From assembly GCA_023396615.1 (NCBI GenBank), contig JAEWVM010000066.1, positions 1 through 53,353 of the forward strand: a stretch of DNA of 53,353 nucleotides, in the 5' to 3' direction. The DNA is from Spirochaetota bacterium (GTDB lineage: Bacteria > Spirochaetota > UBA4802 > JAFGJZ01). Below the pieces are notes generated by a model. It was given only the letters and a program-made list of their open reading frames with translations. It was not told where the DNA came from and did no database searches. Position numbers and translations under genes: made by a program. This document shows, piece after piece, positions 38,071 through 47,442 of the stretch (the first letter of the stretch is position 1; each line of letters begins with the position of its first letter).

Positions 38071-38943
38071 TTATTTCAGTAATGGATATCCCATCTCCTC
38101 ACGTATTTGAACAAATCTTTCTGCGCATTTTCTTGCCATGTTTCTGACTCTGGTGATATAGCCGACCCTTTCCGTTACAGAAATAGCTCCTGCTGCATCA
38201 AGCATATTAAAAGCATGCGAACATTTCAGTACAAAATCATAAGCAGGAAGGACAACTTTCGGCTCTTTATCTAAAATTGAACTGCATTCCTTTTCAAAAA
38301 GATCGAAAAGCTGAAAATACATCTTGGGGTCACTCATACTGAAGTTGTAATGCGAAAATTCGTATTCACTTCTAAAGTGGACATCCCTGTAGTAAATATG
38401 ATCATTCCATTTAATATCAAAAACACTGTTAACGCCCTGAAGGTACATGCAAATTCTTTCCAGACCGTAAGTTATTTCAACCGGAATCGGACTAAGCTCA
38501 ATGCTTCCGCACTGCTGAAAATAAGTAAACTGTGTAATTTCCATTCCGTCAAGCCAGACTTCCCAGCCAAGGCCGGCAGCGCCAAGCGTCGGTGACTCCC
38601 AGTCGTCTTCAACAAAACGCACATCATGCTCATTCAAATTCAACCCCAGATAACGGAGTGAATCAAGATATAAATCCTGTATATCTGACGGTGAAGGTTT
38701 CATTATTACCTGATACTGATAATAGTGCTGAAGCCGGTTTGGATTCTCGCCGTATCTTCCGTCAGTAGGTCTGCGGGAAGGCTCAACATAACACACATTC
38801 CACGGCTCAGGACCAAGAGCACGAAGGAATGTGCCCGGATTAAATGTTCCGGCTCCTACTTCCAAATCGTATCCCTGGATAACTATGCATCCTTTTGAGC
38901 TCCAATATTCATTAAGTTTTGCAATAAGATTTTGAAAATGCAT
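38071..38943 (-). CDS. glyQ: glycine--tRNA ligase alpha subunit
   Basis: FQNLI..L..YW...GC...[50 protein letters not shown] is highly diagnostic. Confidence 0.9.
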   Translation of the reverse strand: MHFQNLIAKLNEYWSSKGCIVIQGYDLEVGAGTFNPGTFLRALGPEPWNVCYVEPSRRPTDGRYGENPNRLQHYYQYQVIMKPSPSDIQDLYLDSLRYLGLNLNEHDVRFVEDDWESPTLGAAGLGWEVWLDGMEITQFTYFQQCGSIELSPIPVEITYGLERICMYLQGVNSVFDIKWNDHIYYRDVHFRSEYEFSHYNFSMSDPKMYFQLFDLFEKECSSILDKEPKVVLPAYDFVLKCSHAFNMLDAAGAISVTERVGYITRVRNMARKCAERFVQIREEMGYPLLK

Positions 38944-38956
38944 TTTTGAATCCTGA

Positions 38957-40450
38957 TTATTTCAAATTTTCGATATTCTTCATCTGAGTATTATATGCGT
39001 CTATTAAAATATCATGAAGTTTCTTAAAATTATTAGCATCTGTCAGATTAAAGTAAGAAAGAACATCTTCATCCACTATCTCAAAACGGTATTTACCTAT
39101 TTCGGCTTCGCAAAAAACATGAGCCAGATAAACAGTATAGTTGAGGGACTTGTTTTTTTCGCTCACCATATGAGGCTTGCGGTGATATTCAATCGCTTCC
39201 GAAAGGTCATCATCAAAATGCCAGCGCTTGACAATCAGACTGCCGAGGGTTGAAATGCTGACACCTAATGCAATTTCCTCAAGAATATCAACTTCCGTCT
39301 GGGTTTTATTTCTTGTAATTTCTCCAAGCTTTTGCGCTGTTTCTTTTTTGATTGAAAGAAGCAGTATTCTTCCGATTTTGGAAAGCAACGCAGCAAGATA
39401 GGCTTTTTCTGCGATTTTAGCATTTTTCAGCTGGATTGCTATTTTATATGCATAGAAAGCTTTTTTATAGGACTCCATCCAAAGATATTTAAATTCCTTG
39501 AAATGATTATTAACTATCTCATCAACACCGCTTGCCATTGCTATGGACTGTATTCCGTTTAATCCGATTAAAACAGAAGCTTCTTCTATAGAGGATATTT
39601 TTTTTGATGTTATATATCCGGCAGAATTAGCAAGCTTCAAAATAGAAGCGGACAAACCAGGGTCGCGTTTAACAAAATCCGATATGTGTTTAATCGTAAC
39701 ATCTGGATTTTTGCACATATCTATCAGAAGTCTTGAATTTTCAGGGAAAGCCGGAACATTTTCAACAGCATTATTGATTTCTTGTGCGATTTTTCCGCGT
39801 ATTTCCGCAGAATCGTCTCTTCTGCTTAAAGCAAGTGAAAAGATAGTAGAATTATCCTTTCGGTGCACCATAAACTTATTCGCATCAAATCCGGCATTAC
39901 GGAAAACCATGGAAGCCATGATTAAACCCAAACCGGCACCTTCTGAATCATCCAGAGTATCTCCGAAAGCCTCGGAAATATTAGAATAATGCTTCGCTTT
40001 TTCAATCCTCGAATTTATTCTTTCAATTTCTTCAGGAACTATTGGAGTATTGTTCCAGACCGAAATTATATAATCAGAGTTTCGGTTTTCGAAATAAATT
40101 CTGACTCTATAATCCGATGACTGCAATGCCATCATAAGCTCCCCGTCAGGCCGGAGAACAGAGGAACTGAATGAATTCATTCCTTCACTATAATCTTTTT
40201 TAATATCCAGATTCATTCTCTGGAAAAAAAGACGTTTAGCATTAGCTTTAACCGCATTATTGATTAATTCTTTCAAAATAGTTATCAGAACATCACGCGA
40301 GTATAAAAGATCGGAATGAGAAAGAAAACGGCGCAGAATACGAAGAAAGCAGGCCTCGGCATCAGCATCAAAAACCTGAAACTCCAGATAAAATAACTTT
40401 CCCTCGGTAATCGCGAGAGTATAATCTTCTGCTGAAATAAGTGCTTTCAT
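38957..40450 (-). CDS. GHKL (HATPase_c-like, anti-sigma-kinase-like) domain fused to an HDOD domain
   Basis: N-box [13 protein letters not shown] and G-box [10 protein letters not shown] with no HisKA H-box. C-terminal HDOD pattern ([45 protein letters not shown]). The ORF extends to an ATG at 40513, so the start is uncertain (40450 vs 40513). Confidence 0.6.
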   Translation of the reverse strand: MKALISAEDYTLAITEGKLFYLEFQVFDADAEACFLRILRRFLSHSDLLYSRDVLITILKELINNAVKANAKRLFFQRMNLDIKKDYSEGMNSFSSSVLRPDGELMMALQSSDYRVRIYFENRNSDYIISVWNNTPIVPEEIERINSRIEKAKHYSNISEAFGDTLDDSEGAGLGLIMASMVFRNAGFDANKFMVHRKDNSTIFSLALSRRDDSAEIRGKIAQEINNAVENVPAFPENSRLLIDMCKNPDVTIKHISDFVKRDPGLSASILKLANSAGYITSKKISSIEEASVLIGLNGIQSIAMASGVDEIVNNHFKEFKYLWMESYKKAFYAYKIAIQLKNAKIAEKAYLAALLSKIGRILLLSIKKETAQKLGEITRNKTQTEVDILEEIALGVSISTLGSLIVKRWHFDDDLSEAIEYHRKPHMVSEKNKSLNYTVYLAHVFCEAEIGKYRFEIVDEDVLSYFNLTDANNFKKLHDILIDAYNTQMKNIENLK

Positions 40451-40637
40451 ATTTAACCGCCTGACAACACTAAATATGCAATAAGAATATCTCAAGCAAT
40501 ATTTTATAAGCATATCTGCTCAATTATTTGAGTTGACAAAGTGTCTTAATATCGGATTAAATAACACAGTTTATTGTTTATTTCACTGCACTGGGCATAT
40601 TTATTGCAGTCCGGTATTTGTTACATTCGGAGAAATT

Positions 40638-41078
40638 ATGAAGAGTAAGCATGATTTCCCGTCCCTGAACTCAAAACAGGCAGACGGGATCAGACCTAAT
40701 GGAATACCCTACAAAGTTCTTGTTGTTGAAGATCAGGAATTCCAGCGCAAGCAAATTAGACAAATTCTTGAATCAGAAAAATATGAAGTAATCGCCGATG
40801 TTGCAAACGGACGCGATGCCTTGAAAATTATTGAAAAGCTGGGCGGAAAAATAGATCTTATCACGACTGATCTTGATATGCCTATTCTTGACGGATATGC
40901 CCTTCTTTTTGAACTTAAAAATAATCTCAAATATCCGATTAAAGTAGTTTTTATAAGCGATGAAACAACTAAAGGCGTCGTTGAAGATTTAGTGAAAATG
41001 GGCGCACTTGATTTCATTCTCAAACCTCTTCAGCGTCAAAGACTGCTGGAACGAATCAAACTTGCGGTAAACAGGTAG
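40638..41078 (+). CDS. single-domain CheY-like response regulator
   Basis: VLVVEDQ, LITTDLDMP, FISD and ILKP. Track ORF starts at TTG 40533; the ATG at 40638 has GGAG 5 nt upstream. Confidence 0.8.
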   Translation: MKSKHDFPSLNSKQADGIRPNGIPYKVLVVEDQEFQRKQIRQILESEKYEVIADVANGRDALKIIEKLGGKIDLITTDLDMPILDGYALLFELKNNLKYPIKVVFISDETTKGVVEDLVKMGALDFILKPLQRQRLLERIKLAVNR

Positions 41079-41079
41079 T

Positions 41080-42150
41080 ATGTCTGAAAAAGAAGATAAA
41101 GTAAATTTAGCCGATCAGGTTAAAAGGATAGATATAGCGCTTTACTATGTTGGAAACGACATGGTTAAAGCCAAGCAAATGGCAGCCGGATCTTATAAAG
41201 ATGCCGTAGCAATGAAGGGAGTATTTTCTTCATCGTCATTATACGGAGTTTTTCTTATTTTTTTCAATAAAACTTACAACCGAATAATTGACTCACTTTT
41301 TGTCATTTCTCCGGATTATACAATAAACAGCCTAAACAATCATCAGGATTGGCGTACTTTTGAAAAAGATATGATTACAGCCCGACAGAAGAGCGAAAAT
41401 GCACGGGCATCTTCAGACATAAAGGATAAAGTTGAACGCAGCTTTACCGGCTCTTTATGTGTTGAGCTAGGAAGACTGCTTGAACGAAATGATGAAGTGC
41501 AGGCTCAGCATATAGTTCAAAAAATTCTTACTGAGTCTACCGGATTCAAACGTGTCGAATTAAAGCTTCTGTTTCAGGAGACATCTTCTCTTGATATTGA
41601 ACTGGATTCTCAATCTTCACGCAAAATGGACTCAAAGGCTGCTGCACAGGAAAATAAAGTTTCTGAGAAAATCAGCCCGGAAGCTCCGCTTGACGAACCT
41701 CAGATCGGCAAAGACGGCGTAAAACTTATTATTAAAGGAGCTCTTAATCTTTCACCGATTAAGGGAAAACATATTTCATCAATTGTTCAAGGCGACAAAG
41801 TGATGATAACCCTTCTGGAAGAAAATAACCAGACTATACAGATCGCTCAGGCCTTTAAAGCTTATGATGCTGAAAAAAAGAAAATAATGCCGCTTCCCGC
41901 AAGAATAACAACAATAAAATTCATAGACGGTGTCGGTTATAAAATTTTCGCACTAATCGCGAAGGGTGTTTATACTGCCGTAATAGAAGAAGAAACCAAC
42001 ATTAAAGTAGCTCTTGATCCGGTATATGCTGTAGCTCTCGGAGAAAAGACAGAGAAAAGTGAAGGCAAGGGAATAGGTCTCCCTGCTATAATAAGTTTGG
42101 TTGCAGTTCTTTTAGCCCTTATTGCCGTTATAGTTTTTATTGTACTATAA
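41080..42150 (+). CDS. tail-anchored membrane protein of unknown function (356 aa)
   Basis: Starts 1 nt after the CheY stop. A single C-terminal TM (LPAIISLVAVLLALIAVIVFIVL) and a soluble N-terminal body with no recognised motif. Confidence 0.55.
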   Translation: MSEKEDKVNLADQVKRIDIALYYVGNDMVKAKQMAAGSYKDAVAMKGVFSSSSLYGVFLIFFNKTYNRIIDSLFVISPDYTINSLNNHQDWRTFEKDMITARQKSENARASSDIKDKVERSFTGSLCVELGRLLERNDEVQAQHIVQKILTESTGFKRVELKLLFQETSSLDIELDSQSSRKMDSKAAAQENKVSEKISPEAPLDEPQIGKDGVKLIIKGALNLSPIKGKHISSIVQGDKVMITLLEENNQTIQIAQAFKAYDAEKKKIMPLPARITTIKFIDGVGYKIFALIAKGVYTAVIEEETNIKVALDPVYAVALGEKTEKSEGKGIGLPAIISLVAVLLALIAVIVFIVL

Positions 42151-42166
42151 AAACAGAAAAATGCTT

Positions 42167-42925
42167 TTACAGCCTTACAGGAATTCCTCTTTCCGCGAGA
42201 TATTCCTTAACCTGTTTAATAGAAAATTCACGGTAATGAAATATTGATGCCGCTAACACCGCATCAGCCTTCCCTTCTGCAAATCCATTATATAGATCTT
42301 CCATATTCCCGACTCCCCCCGAAGCAATAACAGGAATTTTAACAGCTTCTGATACGGCTCTCGTAAGAGCAAGGTCATATCCAATTTTAGTTCCGTCTCT
42401 GTCCATGCTCGTTAAAAGAATTTCACCGGCTCCAAGATCTTCGGCCTTTTTTGCCCAATCAACAGCATCAAGTTCTGTCGGAACCCTTCCGCCATTAAGA
42501 AAAACAGTCCATCCGCCTCGATCATTTTGTTTAGCGTCAATAGCAACGACGATACACTGAGCACCGAAAAGCTTTGCAGAATCCTCAATAATCGAAGGAT
42601 TTTTCACGGCCGCGCTGTTCATAGATGCTTTATCTGCCCCGTTCTCAAGAATGAGTCTCACGTCTTCCGCACTGCGTATTCCGCCCCCGACACAGAATGG
42701 GATGTGAACGGTTTCAGCAACCTGCTTGACCATATTTAATATGATGTTTCGGTTGTCCGAAGATGCTGTTATATCAAGAAAAACCAGTTCATCCGCACCT
42801 TCCCGATCATAAAAATAACCGTTTTCAACAGGATCACCGGCATCGGAAAGATTTAAAAAATTTACGCCTTTTACGACTCGACCGTCTTTGACGTCAAGAC
42901 ACGGAATGATTCTCTTTGCAAGCAT
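42167..42925 (-). CDS. hisF: imidazole glycerol phosphate synthase cyclase subunit (HisF family)
   Basis: [20 protein letters not shown].., ..DELVFLDI.A., ..PFCVGGGIR., ..ASGG.G. Track ORF extends to 43030; the ATG at 42925 has AGAGG 5 nt upstream. Confidence 0.85.
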   Translation of the reverse strand: MLAKRIIPCLDVKDGRVVKGVNFLNLSDAGDPVENGYFYDREGADELVFLDITASSDNRNIILNMVKQVAETVHIPFCVGGGIRSAEDVRLILENGADKASMNSAAVKNPSIIEDSAKLFGAQCIVVAIDAKQNDRGGWTVFLNGGRVPTELDAVDWAKKAEDLGAGEILLTSMDRDGTKIGYDLALTRAVSEAVKIPVIASGGVGNMEDLYNGFAEGKADAVLAASIFHYREFSIKQVKEYLAERGIPVRL

Positions 42926-43086
42926 ATGAACCTCTTCGACATTGATAAAGCTGAGTATTAATTGGGCAAGAAAAATATTCCCCCGTGCGGAATGAAACAC
43001 ACGGGGGATAAAAGAAAAGGAGAAAAGCAATAAATCGGCTATCTCTCACGGATTAGACAAATTGGAAATAAATTGTTACAAAAAAA

Positions 43087-44142
43087 TTATTTATCCCTTG
43101 TTAGATTATATTCCAGAAGTTTATAAATCATGTCTTTATAATTATCAGCAACATTCATGGATTTAATCAGATCCGAACATTCCTCTGAAAGTTTTTTCTT
43201 GATCAATTCAATTTTTTCGCGAACGCCTTTATTCTCGATAATATTTCTGAGATAAATAATATCTTCAATTTTCGCGGTTTCCTTCCCGAAAAATGAAAAT
43301 ATCTTTTCACTTTCATCAGGCTGCAATAAAGGGAAGAGTTCCGTCATAAATATTGTCATTTTGCCTTCACGGACATCAGAACCGGCAACTTTACCGATTT
43401 TATCAGACTCACCGAAAAGACCTAGTTCATCATCCCTGATTTGAAAAATTATTCCGAGCTTAATCCCGATACTGAAAAGAATTTCAGCGTTGACGGTATC
43501 GCCAGAGATGAGAGCACCAACCTTCAAAGGAAGTGAAAAAGTATAACGCGAAGTTTTATAGGTATATAGATCTATGACATCTTTTGTCTCAGGTATTTTT
43601 TGAGAAACACCGAAATAAATATCCTGCATCTGTCCAAATCCGACAAGTGTCATTTCACGAAAAAATAATTCCATAACGGAATTTTTTACATTATTATCAA
43701 ATGTCTCATCAAGCAAAAGACCTAATGCAAGAAAAATCGCAACATCTCCCGCGCAAATTCCCATTGATGCGCCGAAATGTTCAGCCTGATCAGCCGGAAT
43801 ATCCGGAAGCATTAGGGAATATTGATGAAATATAGAAGGATTTCCTCTTCTGAACTTATCTCTGTCCATAATATCATCATGAATCAGATGATATGACTGC
43901 AATAGTTCAATCGCCGCAGCAGAACGAAGTGCATAGTTCTGATTCTTATTTCCGCACATTTCATGAGCGAAAAGAATAAGCGCACCCCGTATCATTTTTC
44001 CGTCTTTGGTAAAAGAATTTACACGTTCAGAAACATCTTTTCCCCAAGTATTGACAGCAGACAATTCGCTCGATTTTTGGAGTAAATAGTCCTCAATAAA
44101 TTTCGAAATTAGTGTTTTTCTTTCGTTAATGTACGAAAACAT
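43087..44142 (-). CDS. trans-polyprenyl diphosphate synthase (short-chain, FPP-synthase-like)
   Basis: FARM LIHDDIMD with Tyr 5 residues upstream. The second Asp-rich motif reads FQIRDDELG (DDxxG, not DDxxD). GK..GSD..EGK follows. Confidence 0.75.
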   Translation of the reverse strand: MFSYINERKTLISKFIEDYLLQKSSELSAVNTWGKDVSERVNSFTKDGKMIRGALILFAHEMCGNKNQNYALRSAAAIELLQSYHLIHDDIMDRDKFRRGNPSIFHQYSLMLPDIPADQAEHFGASMGICAGDVAIFLALGLLLDETFDNNVKNSVMELFFREMTLVGFGQMQDIYFGVSQKIPETKDVIDLYTYKTSRYTFSLPLKVGALISGDTVNAEILFSIGIKLGIIFQIRDDELGLFGESDKIGKVAGSDVREGKMTIFMTELFPLLQPDESEKIFSFFGKETAKIEDIIYLRNIIENKGVREKIELIKKKLSEECSDLIKSMNVADNYKDMIYKLLEYNLTRDK

Positions 44143-44945
44143 TTTACCTCATTGGCGATCAGCGTCTTCAATATTCTAAAACGTGACGGCTTAACTTTTT
44201 TTTCATAAACTATCATCGGAGTTTTTTCAATTTGTGATGCCGTCCAGAGATACATGTCTGCGGCGGTTTTTATAGGAACAAGATAACGTTTTGGAATATA
44301 TTGATAACCATCTTCTGCAGATTTCTGCCATTGCTTATAAAGCAGAGAATACCGGCGAATAAATGTTTTAAACATATCCTTATTATTTAAAGCAAATGAA
44401 TAATCAAGAGACTTCATTTGCGCATCTAAAGGCAGATATGATCTTCCGAATGTATTATCTTCAGCAATATCTCTTATAAAATTAATCATCTGCATTGCTC
44501 TTCCGAGCATTTTAGCATGCTTATCGGCTCTTTTAGGTAAATCAAGAATTCTTGCCATAAAAAGACCGATCACTTCAGCTGAACCAAAAATATAATGAAG
44601 AGTCTCATCTATCGATTTATACTTTTTCTTTGTTAAATCAAGCTCCATCGATTCCAAAAAAGCCGAAACCCACTCTGCTTTAAATTTCTTTCTATAAAAG
44701 AGATCAATAAAATTATCAACAATTTCATTTCCGGATTTTCTGCCGTTTTTCAGGGATTCGAGATATAATTTCTTAAACCTGTAAAATTCGTTTTTTCTTT
44801 GTGGAACGGAATCGACTAAATCATCAGCAGTCCGGACAAATGCGTATAGAGAAAACACATCACGCCGTACTTTCGGCGGAAAAAACAAGCTTGCCGTAAA
44901 ATACGTCTTGCTCCCTTTTCTGAATATTTTAACATTACCGGACAT
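44109..44945 (-). CDS. squalene/phytoene synthase family enzyme (CrtM/HpnD-like)
   Basis: Asp-rich motifs FVRTADDLVD and FIRDIAEDNTFGRSYLP. 278 aa. Overlaps the downstream prenyl synthase ORF by 34 nt. Confidence 0.75.
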   Translation of the reverse strand: MSGNVKIFRKGSKTYFTASLFFPPKVRRDVFSLYAFVRTADDLVDSVPQRKNEFYRFKKLYLESLKNGRKSGNEIVDNFIDLFYRKKFKAEWVSAFLESMELDLTKKKYKSIDETLHYIFGSAEVIGLFMARILDLPKRADKHAKMLGRAMQMINFIRDIAEDNTFGRSYLPLDAQMKSLDYSFALNNKDMFKTFIRRYSLLYKQWQKSAEDGYQYIPKRYLVPIKTAADMYLWTASQIEKTPMIVYEKKVKPSRFRILKTLIANEVKCFRTLTKEKH

Positions 44946-45083
44946 ACTCTCGAAAAATAATTATATAAGGCTTATGTCAAAAAGTTTTTAATTTTTTTAC
45001 TATATTTATAAATCTTAATAGAGATGCTTATGCTTGACTTTTACGACTTATAGCTTCAAATAATTATTCTAAAGGATAAAACA

Positions 45084-45359
45084 ATGCAGAAACAAGATAT
45101 TTACGACATCTTCTGTTCAGTGTCAAACCGCAATGAAATGATCAAACTTATAAATGAGCTTCTTACAAAATCCGAAATAAGCGACCTGACTTTAAGATGG
45201 AATCTGCTATGCATGCTAAATGAAGGCCTCAGCCAGAGAGAAATCGCTGCAAAACTCGGGGTAAGTCTTTGTAAAATAACAAGAGGTGCAAAAATATTAA
45301 AAGACGACAAAGGTGTAGTAAAAAAAATATTCGATCAAAATAACAAACAGAAGGCATAA
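45084..45359 (+). CDS. TrpR-family (YerC/YecD-like) small DNA-binding protein
   Basis: 91 aa with ...ELLTKSEISDLTLRWNLLCMLNEGLSQREIAAKLGVSLCKITRGAK.. (TrpR-like HTH). Confidence 0.7.
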   Translation: MQKQDIYDIFCSVSNRNEMIKLINELLTKSEISDLTLRWNLLCMLNEGLSQREIAAKLGVSLCKITRGAKILKDDKGVVKKIFDQNNKQKA

Positions 45360-45391
45360 AAAAAGACCGGCTCAATGCCGGTCTTTTTTTA
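45358..45391. terminator. bidirectional intrinsic terminator (yerC-like / cfpA-like convergent pair)
   Basis: A6, then AGACCGGC-TCAAT-GCCGGTCT, then T7. Confidence 0.85.
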
Positions 45392-45398
45392 TTGAAAC

Positions 45399-47369
45399 TT
45401 ATAGTTCTTTTAAACCAGAGCTTTTCTTTTTGGCAGCTTTCGCTCCCGGAGTCATATCAACAATACCTTTGATGTCTATGTCAGCACTTGCATTTGCATC
45501 TGCAGCCTGCTGTTTATAGGCCATTTCGAATATATTGTCTTTGTTATCAGGAAGAGAGAAAGACTGATCGATATCCGATCTAACGGTAGATCTTCTTCTC
45601 TTAAACTGAGCAAATGCAGCATCCTGGAATCCTCTTGAAACTCCATAAAGGAATTCATTAAGCATGTTCGCCATACCTTTAAGCATAAAAAGCTTACGTT
45701 TAATGGTAGTTACGTTCATGTCAAGAATCAGACCCGGCTGGATGTGATGCGGATTTACCTGATATGTGAATTCATGAAAACGTTTTGAAACAAAATTGAT
45801 TCTTTCATCAAGAACAACTCTTTCAATAGGATTCTGATATCCATGCATCTTCTGAAGAAGATCCTTATTTCTCTTAATTTTATTCTTAAGATACTTGATT
45901 CTGTCTTCATAAGTTCTGTTGTTCTTTTCAACGAAAGAGTTTTCGTTGTAGAAATCGCCGATATCTTCAGTAGCAACATATGCTCCATCAAGTTTTTCAG
46001 CTTCTTTCTTTCTGAGCCAGTCTCTGCTCATGAGACGTTTTGAAAGATCATCAAAGTCTTTAAGAGAACGGAATCTCTTACTTGACTGATAATGAGCCTC
46101 AGTAACGTCGGCAAGCATATGAATCTCTCTAGTGAAAGCATCCATCTGTCTGTCATACTCGCGAACCATCTCTCTGAGCTGATTCTGATCGTAGAATGCA
46201 AGTTTAATATCGTATCTTTCATCAGGAAGAACCTGTTTGTCGATTTCTTCATACTCTCTGATGAGACACACGCGGGCATTCTTCATGTTATCGCAAACCT
46301 GATACCCGAGTTTAGAAGTATCAAGAATCGAAGTAATCGCGTTAACAGCAGTATTATAACCTCTGTTACGGATATTTTCTTCATCGATAATGTGCTTGAT
46401 GTTCTCGCGGATATTAAGAGGGTCATAATCCTCAAGATCAATCTGCGCACGAAGACCTTCGATCTTATCAAGGAATTTCTTCGCAAGAATGGTATATCTC
46501 TTGGATTTTTCGTCATCTTTGATATCATCAGTAAAGTTTTCAACTTTTTTGATTTTTTCAAACATAACTTCAGAACCCGAAAGCTCCTTAGCACCCTGAT
46601 CAACAAGTTCTTCTTTAAGCTCCTCAATCTGACGGTCGATAAGTTCCTGAATGTGCTTCTGGATCGCGTCTTTTAGAAGAGATTCTACTGTAACCTGATA
46701 ATGATAAATTGGGCTTATAAGTTCACTGTCGAGAATGTTTATGGAAAGTTTTACGTCATAAACATATTTTGGACGGAATTCATTGTCTTTGAATACGCAC
46801 TTAAGAATTGCATATGCATTCTCACCGCGGATAAACGCACCGACATCAGTTTTCTGACGAAGAATTGCATTTGTTTCGTTTTCAAGATCGTTCATACCTC
46901 TCTGGATATGACCCTGCAAGTGACCGAACATGTTTACCATTGATTTTTCAATTTCACCGGTATTAAACTTGTCACCGCCGCCGATCTTATCAAGAAGCTC
47001 TACAAGCTCTCTTGGAGTGTAACGAGCAAGACCCTTTGCTTCTTCTTTGTCCACGAAATCACGAACTTTTTTAATAAATTCGTCTTCCATCGTTACAGTG
47101 TAACGGTTGAACATATTAACATAGGTCTGGTTGATGTAATTGTAGAGCTTTTCTTTCAATCCGCCCATTACATCTAGTCTTGCTAAAACTTCTTCAGGAA
47201 GCTTCTGCTCAACTTCATTAAGCACTTTCTGGGTTGTTTCTTCAAGAATCAAACCCGCTTCCGAAATCTTGTTTCTTCCCTCTTGTACAATCGAGTTTCT
47301 GGAACCGACTGCACTAGGCTGTTCCGGATGGACAGCGTTAGGGCTTTTAGGAAACTGGGAAATCGCCAT
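45399..47369 (-). CDS. cfpA: large helical cytoplasmic protein, candidate cytoplasmic filament protein CfpA
   Basis: 656 aa with no signal peptide or TM; charged and helix-rich. Very strong RBS (AAGGAGG 8 nt upstream of the ATG) and strong flanking hairpins suggest a monocistronic, highly expressed gene. A vWA protein lies next door, as I recall for T. pallidum TP0748-TP0750. Identity not verified by alignment. Confidence 0.45.
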   Translation of the reverse strand: MAISQFPKSPNAVHPEQPSAVGSRNSIVQEGRNKISEAGLILEETTQKVLNEVEQKLPEEVLARLDVMGGLKEKLYNYINQTYVNMFNRYTVTMEDEFIKKVRDFVDKEEAKGLARYTPRELVELLDKIGGGDKFNTGEIEKSMVNMFGHLQGHIQRGMNDLENETNAILRQKTDVGAFIRGENAYAILKCVFKDNEFRPKYVYDVKLSINILDSELISPIYHYQVTVESLLKDAIQKHIQELIDRQIEELKEELVDQGAKELSGSEVMFEKIKKVENFTDDIKDDEKSKRYTILAKKFLDKIEGLRAQIDLEDYDPLNIRENIKHIIDEENIRNRGYNTAVNAITSILDTSKLGYQVCDNMKNARVCLIREYEEIDKQVLPDERYDIKLAFYDQNQLREMVREYDRQMDAFTREIHMLADVTEAHYQSSKRFRSLKDFDDLSKRLMSRDWLRKKEAEKLDGAYVATEDIGDFYNENSFVEKNNRTYEDRIKYLKNKIKRNKDLLQKMHGYQNPIERVVLDERINFVSKRFHEFTYQVNPHHIQPGLILDMNVTTIKRKLFMLKGMANMLNEFLYGVSRGFQDAAFAQFKRRRSTVRSDIDQSFSLPDNKDNIFEMAYKQQAADANASADIDIKGIVDMTPGAKAAKKKSSGLKEL

Positions 47370-47406
47370 ATATTTTCCTCCTTAAATAGGTAAGCTAAAG
47401 TAAATA

Positions 47407-47427
47407 AGCGGATTATCGTAATCCGCT
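47407..47427 (-). terminator. hairpin between the vWA gene and the cfpA-like gene (terminator/attenuator, or part of the cfpA promoter region)
   Basis: AGCGGATTA-CGA-TAATCCGCT followed on the minus strand by TATTTACTTT. TTGACA (47437-47442) and GATAAT overlap it with 19-nt spacing. Confidence 0.4.
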
Positions 47428-47442
47428 TTTATTTTATGTCAA

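Noticed and set aside
42926-43030. N-terminal extensions in the ORF track: hisF to 43030, pyrD from 21852, cheY-like from 40533, moxR to 18837, arsR from 50691
   Set aside because: The extensions lack family-conserved sequence, and several start at TTG. In four cases an internal ATG with a well-spaced Shine-Dalgarno motif coincides with the conserved N-terminus. For arsR the internal ATG has no SD, but it sits just downstream of the promoter/operator and gives the typical family N-terminus.
46092-46676. 194-aa plus-strand ORF (and other ORFs of 60-115 aa) inside the cfpA-like gene
   Set aside because: These are antisense or alternative-frame ORFs within a 656-aa gene that has strong expression signals. 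They are Phe/Ile/Leu/Asn-rich, as expected for the mirror of a Lys/Glu-rich gene in AT-rich DNA.
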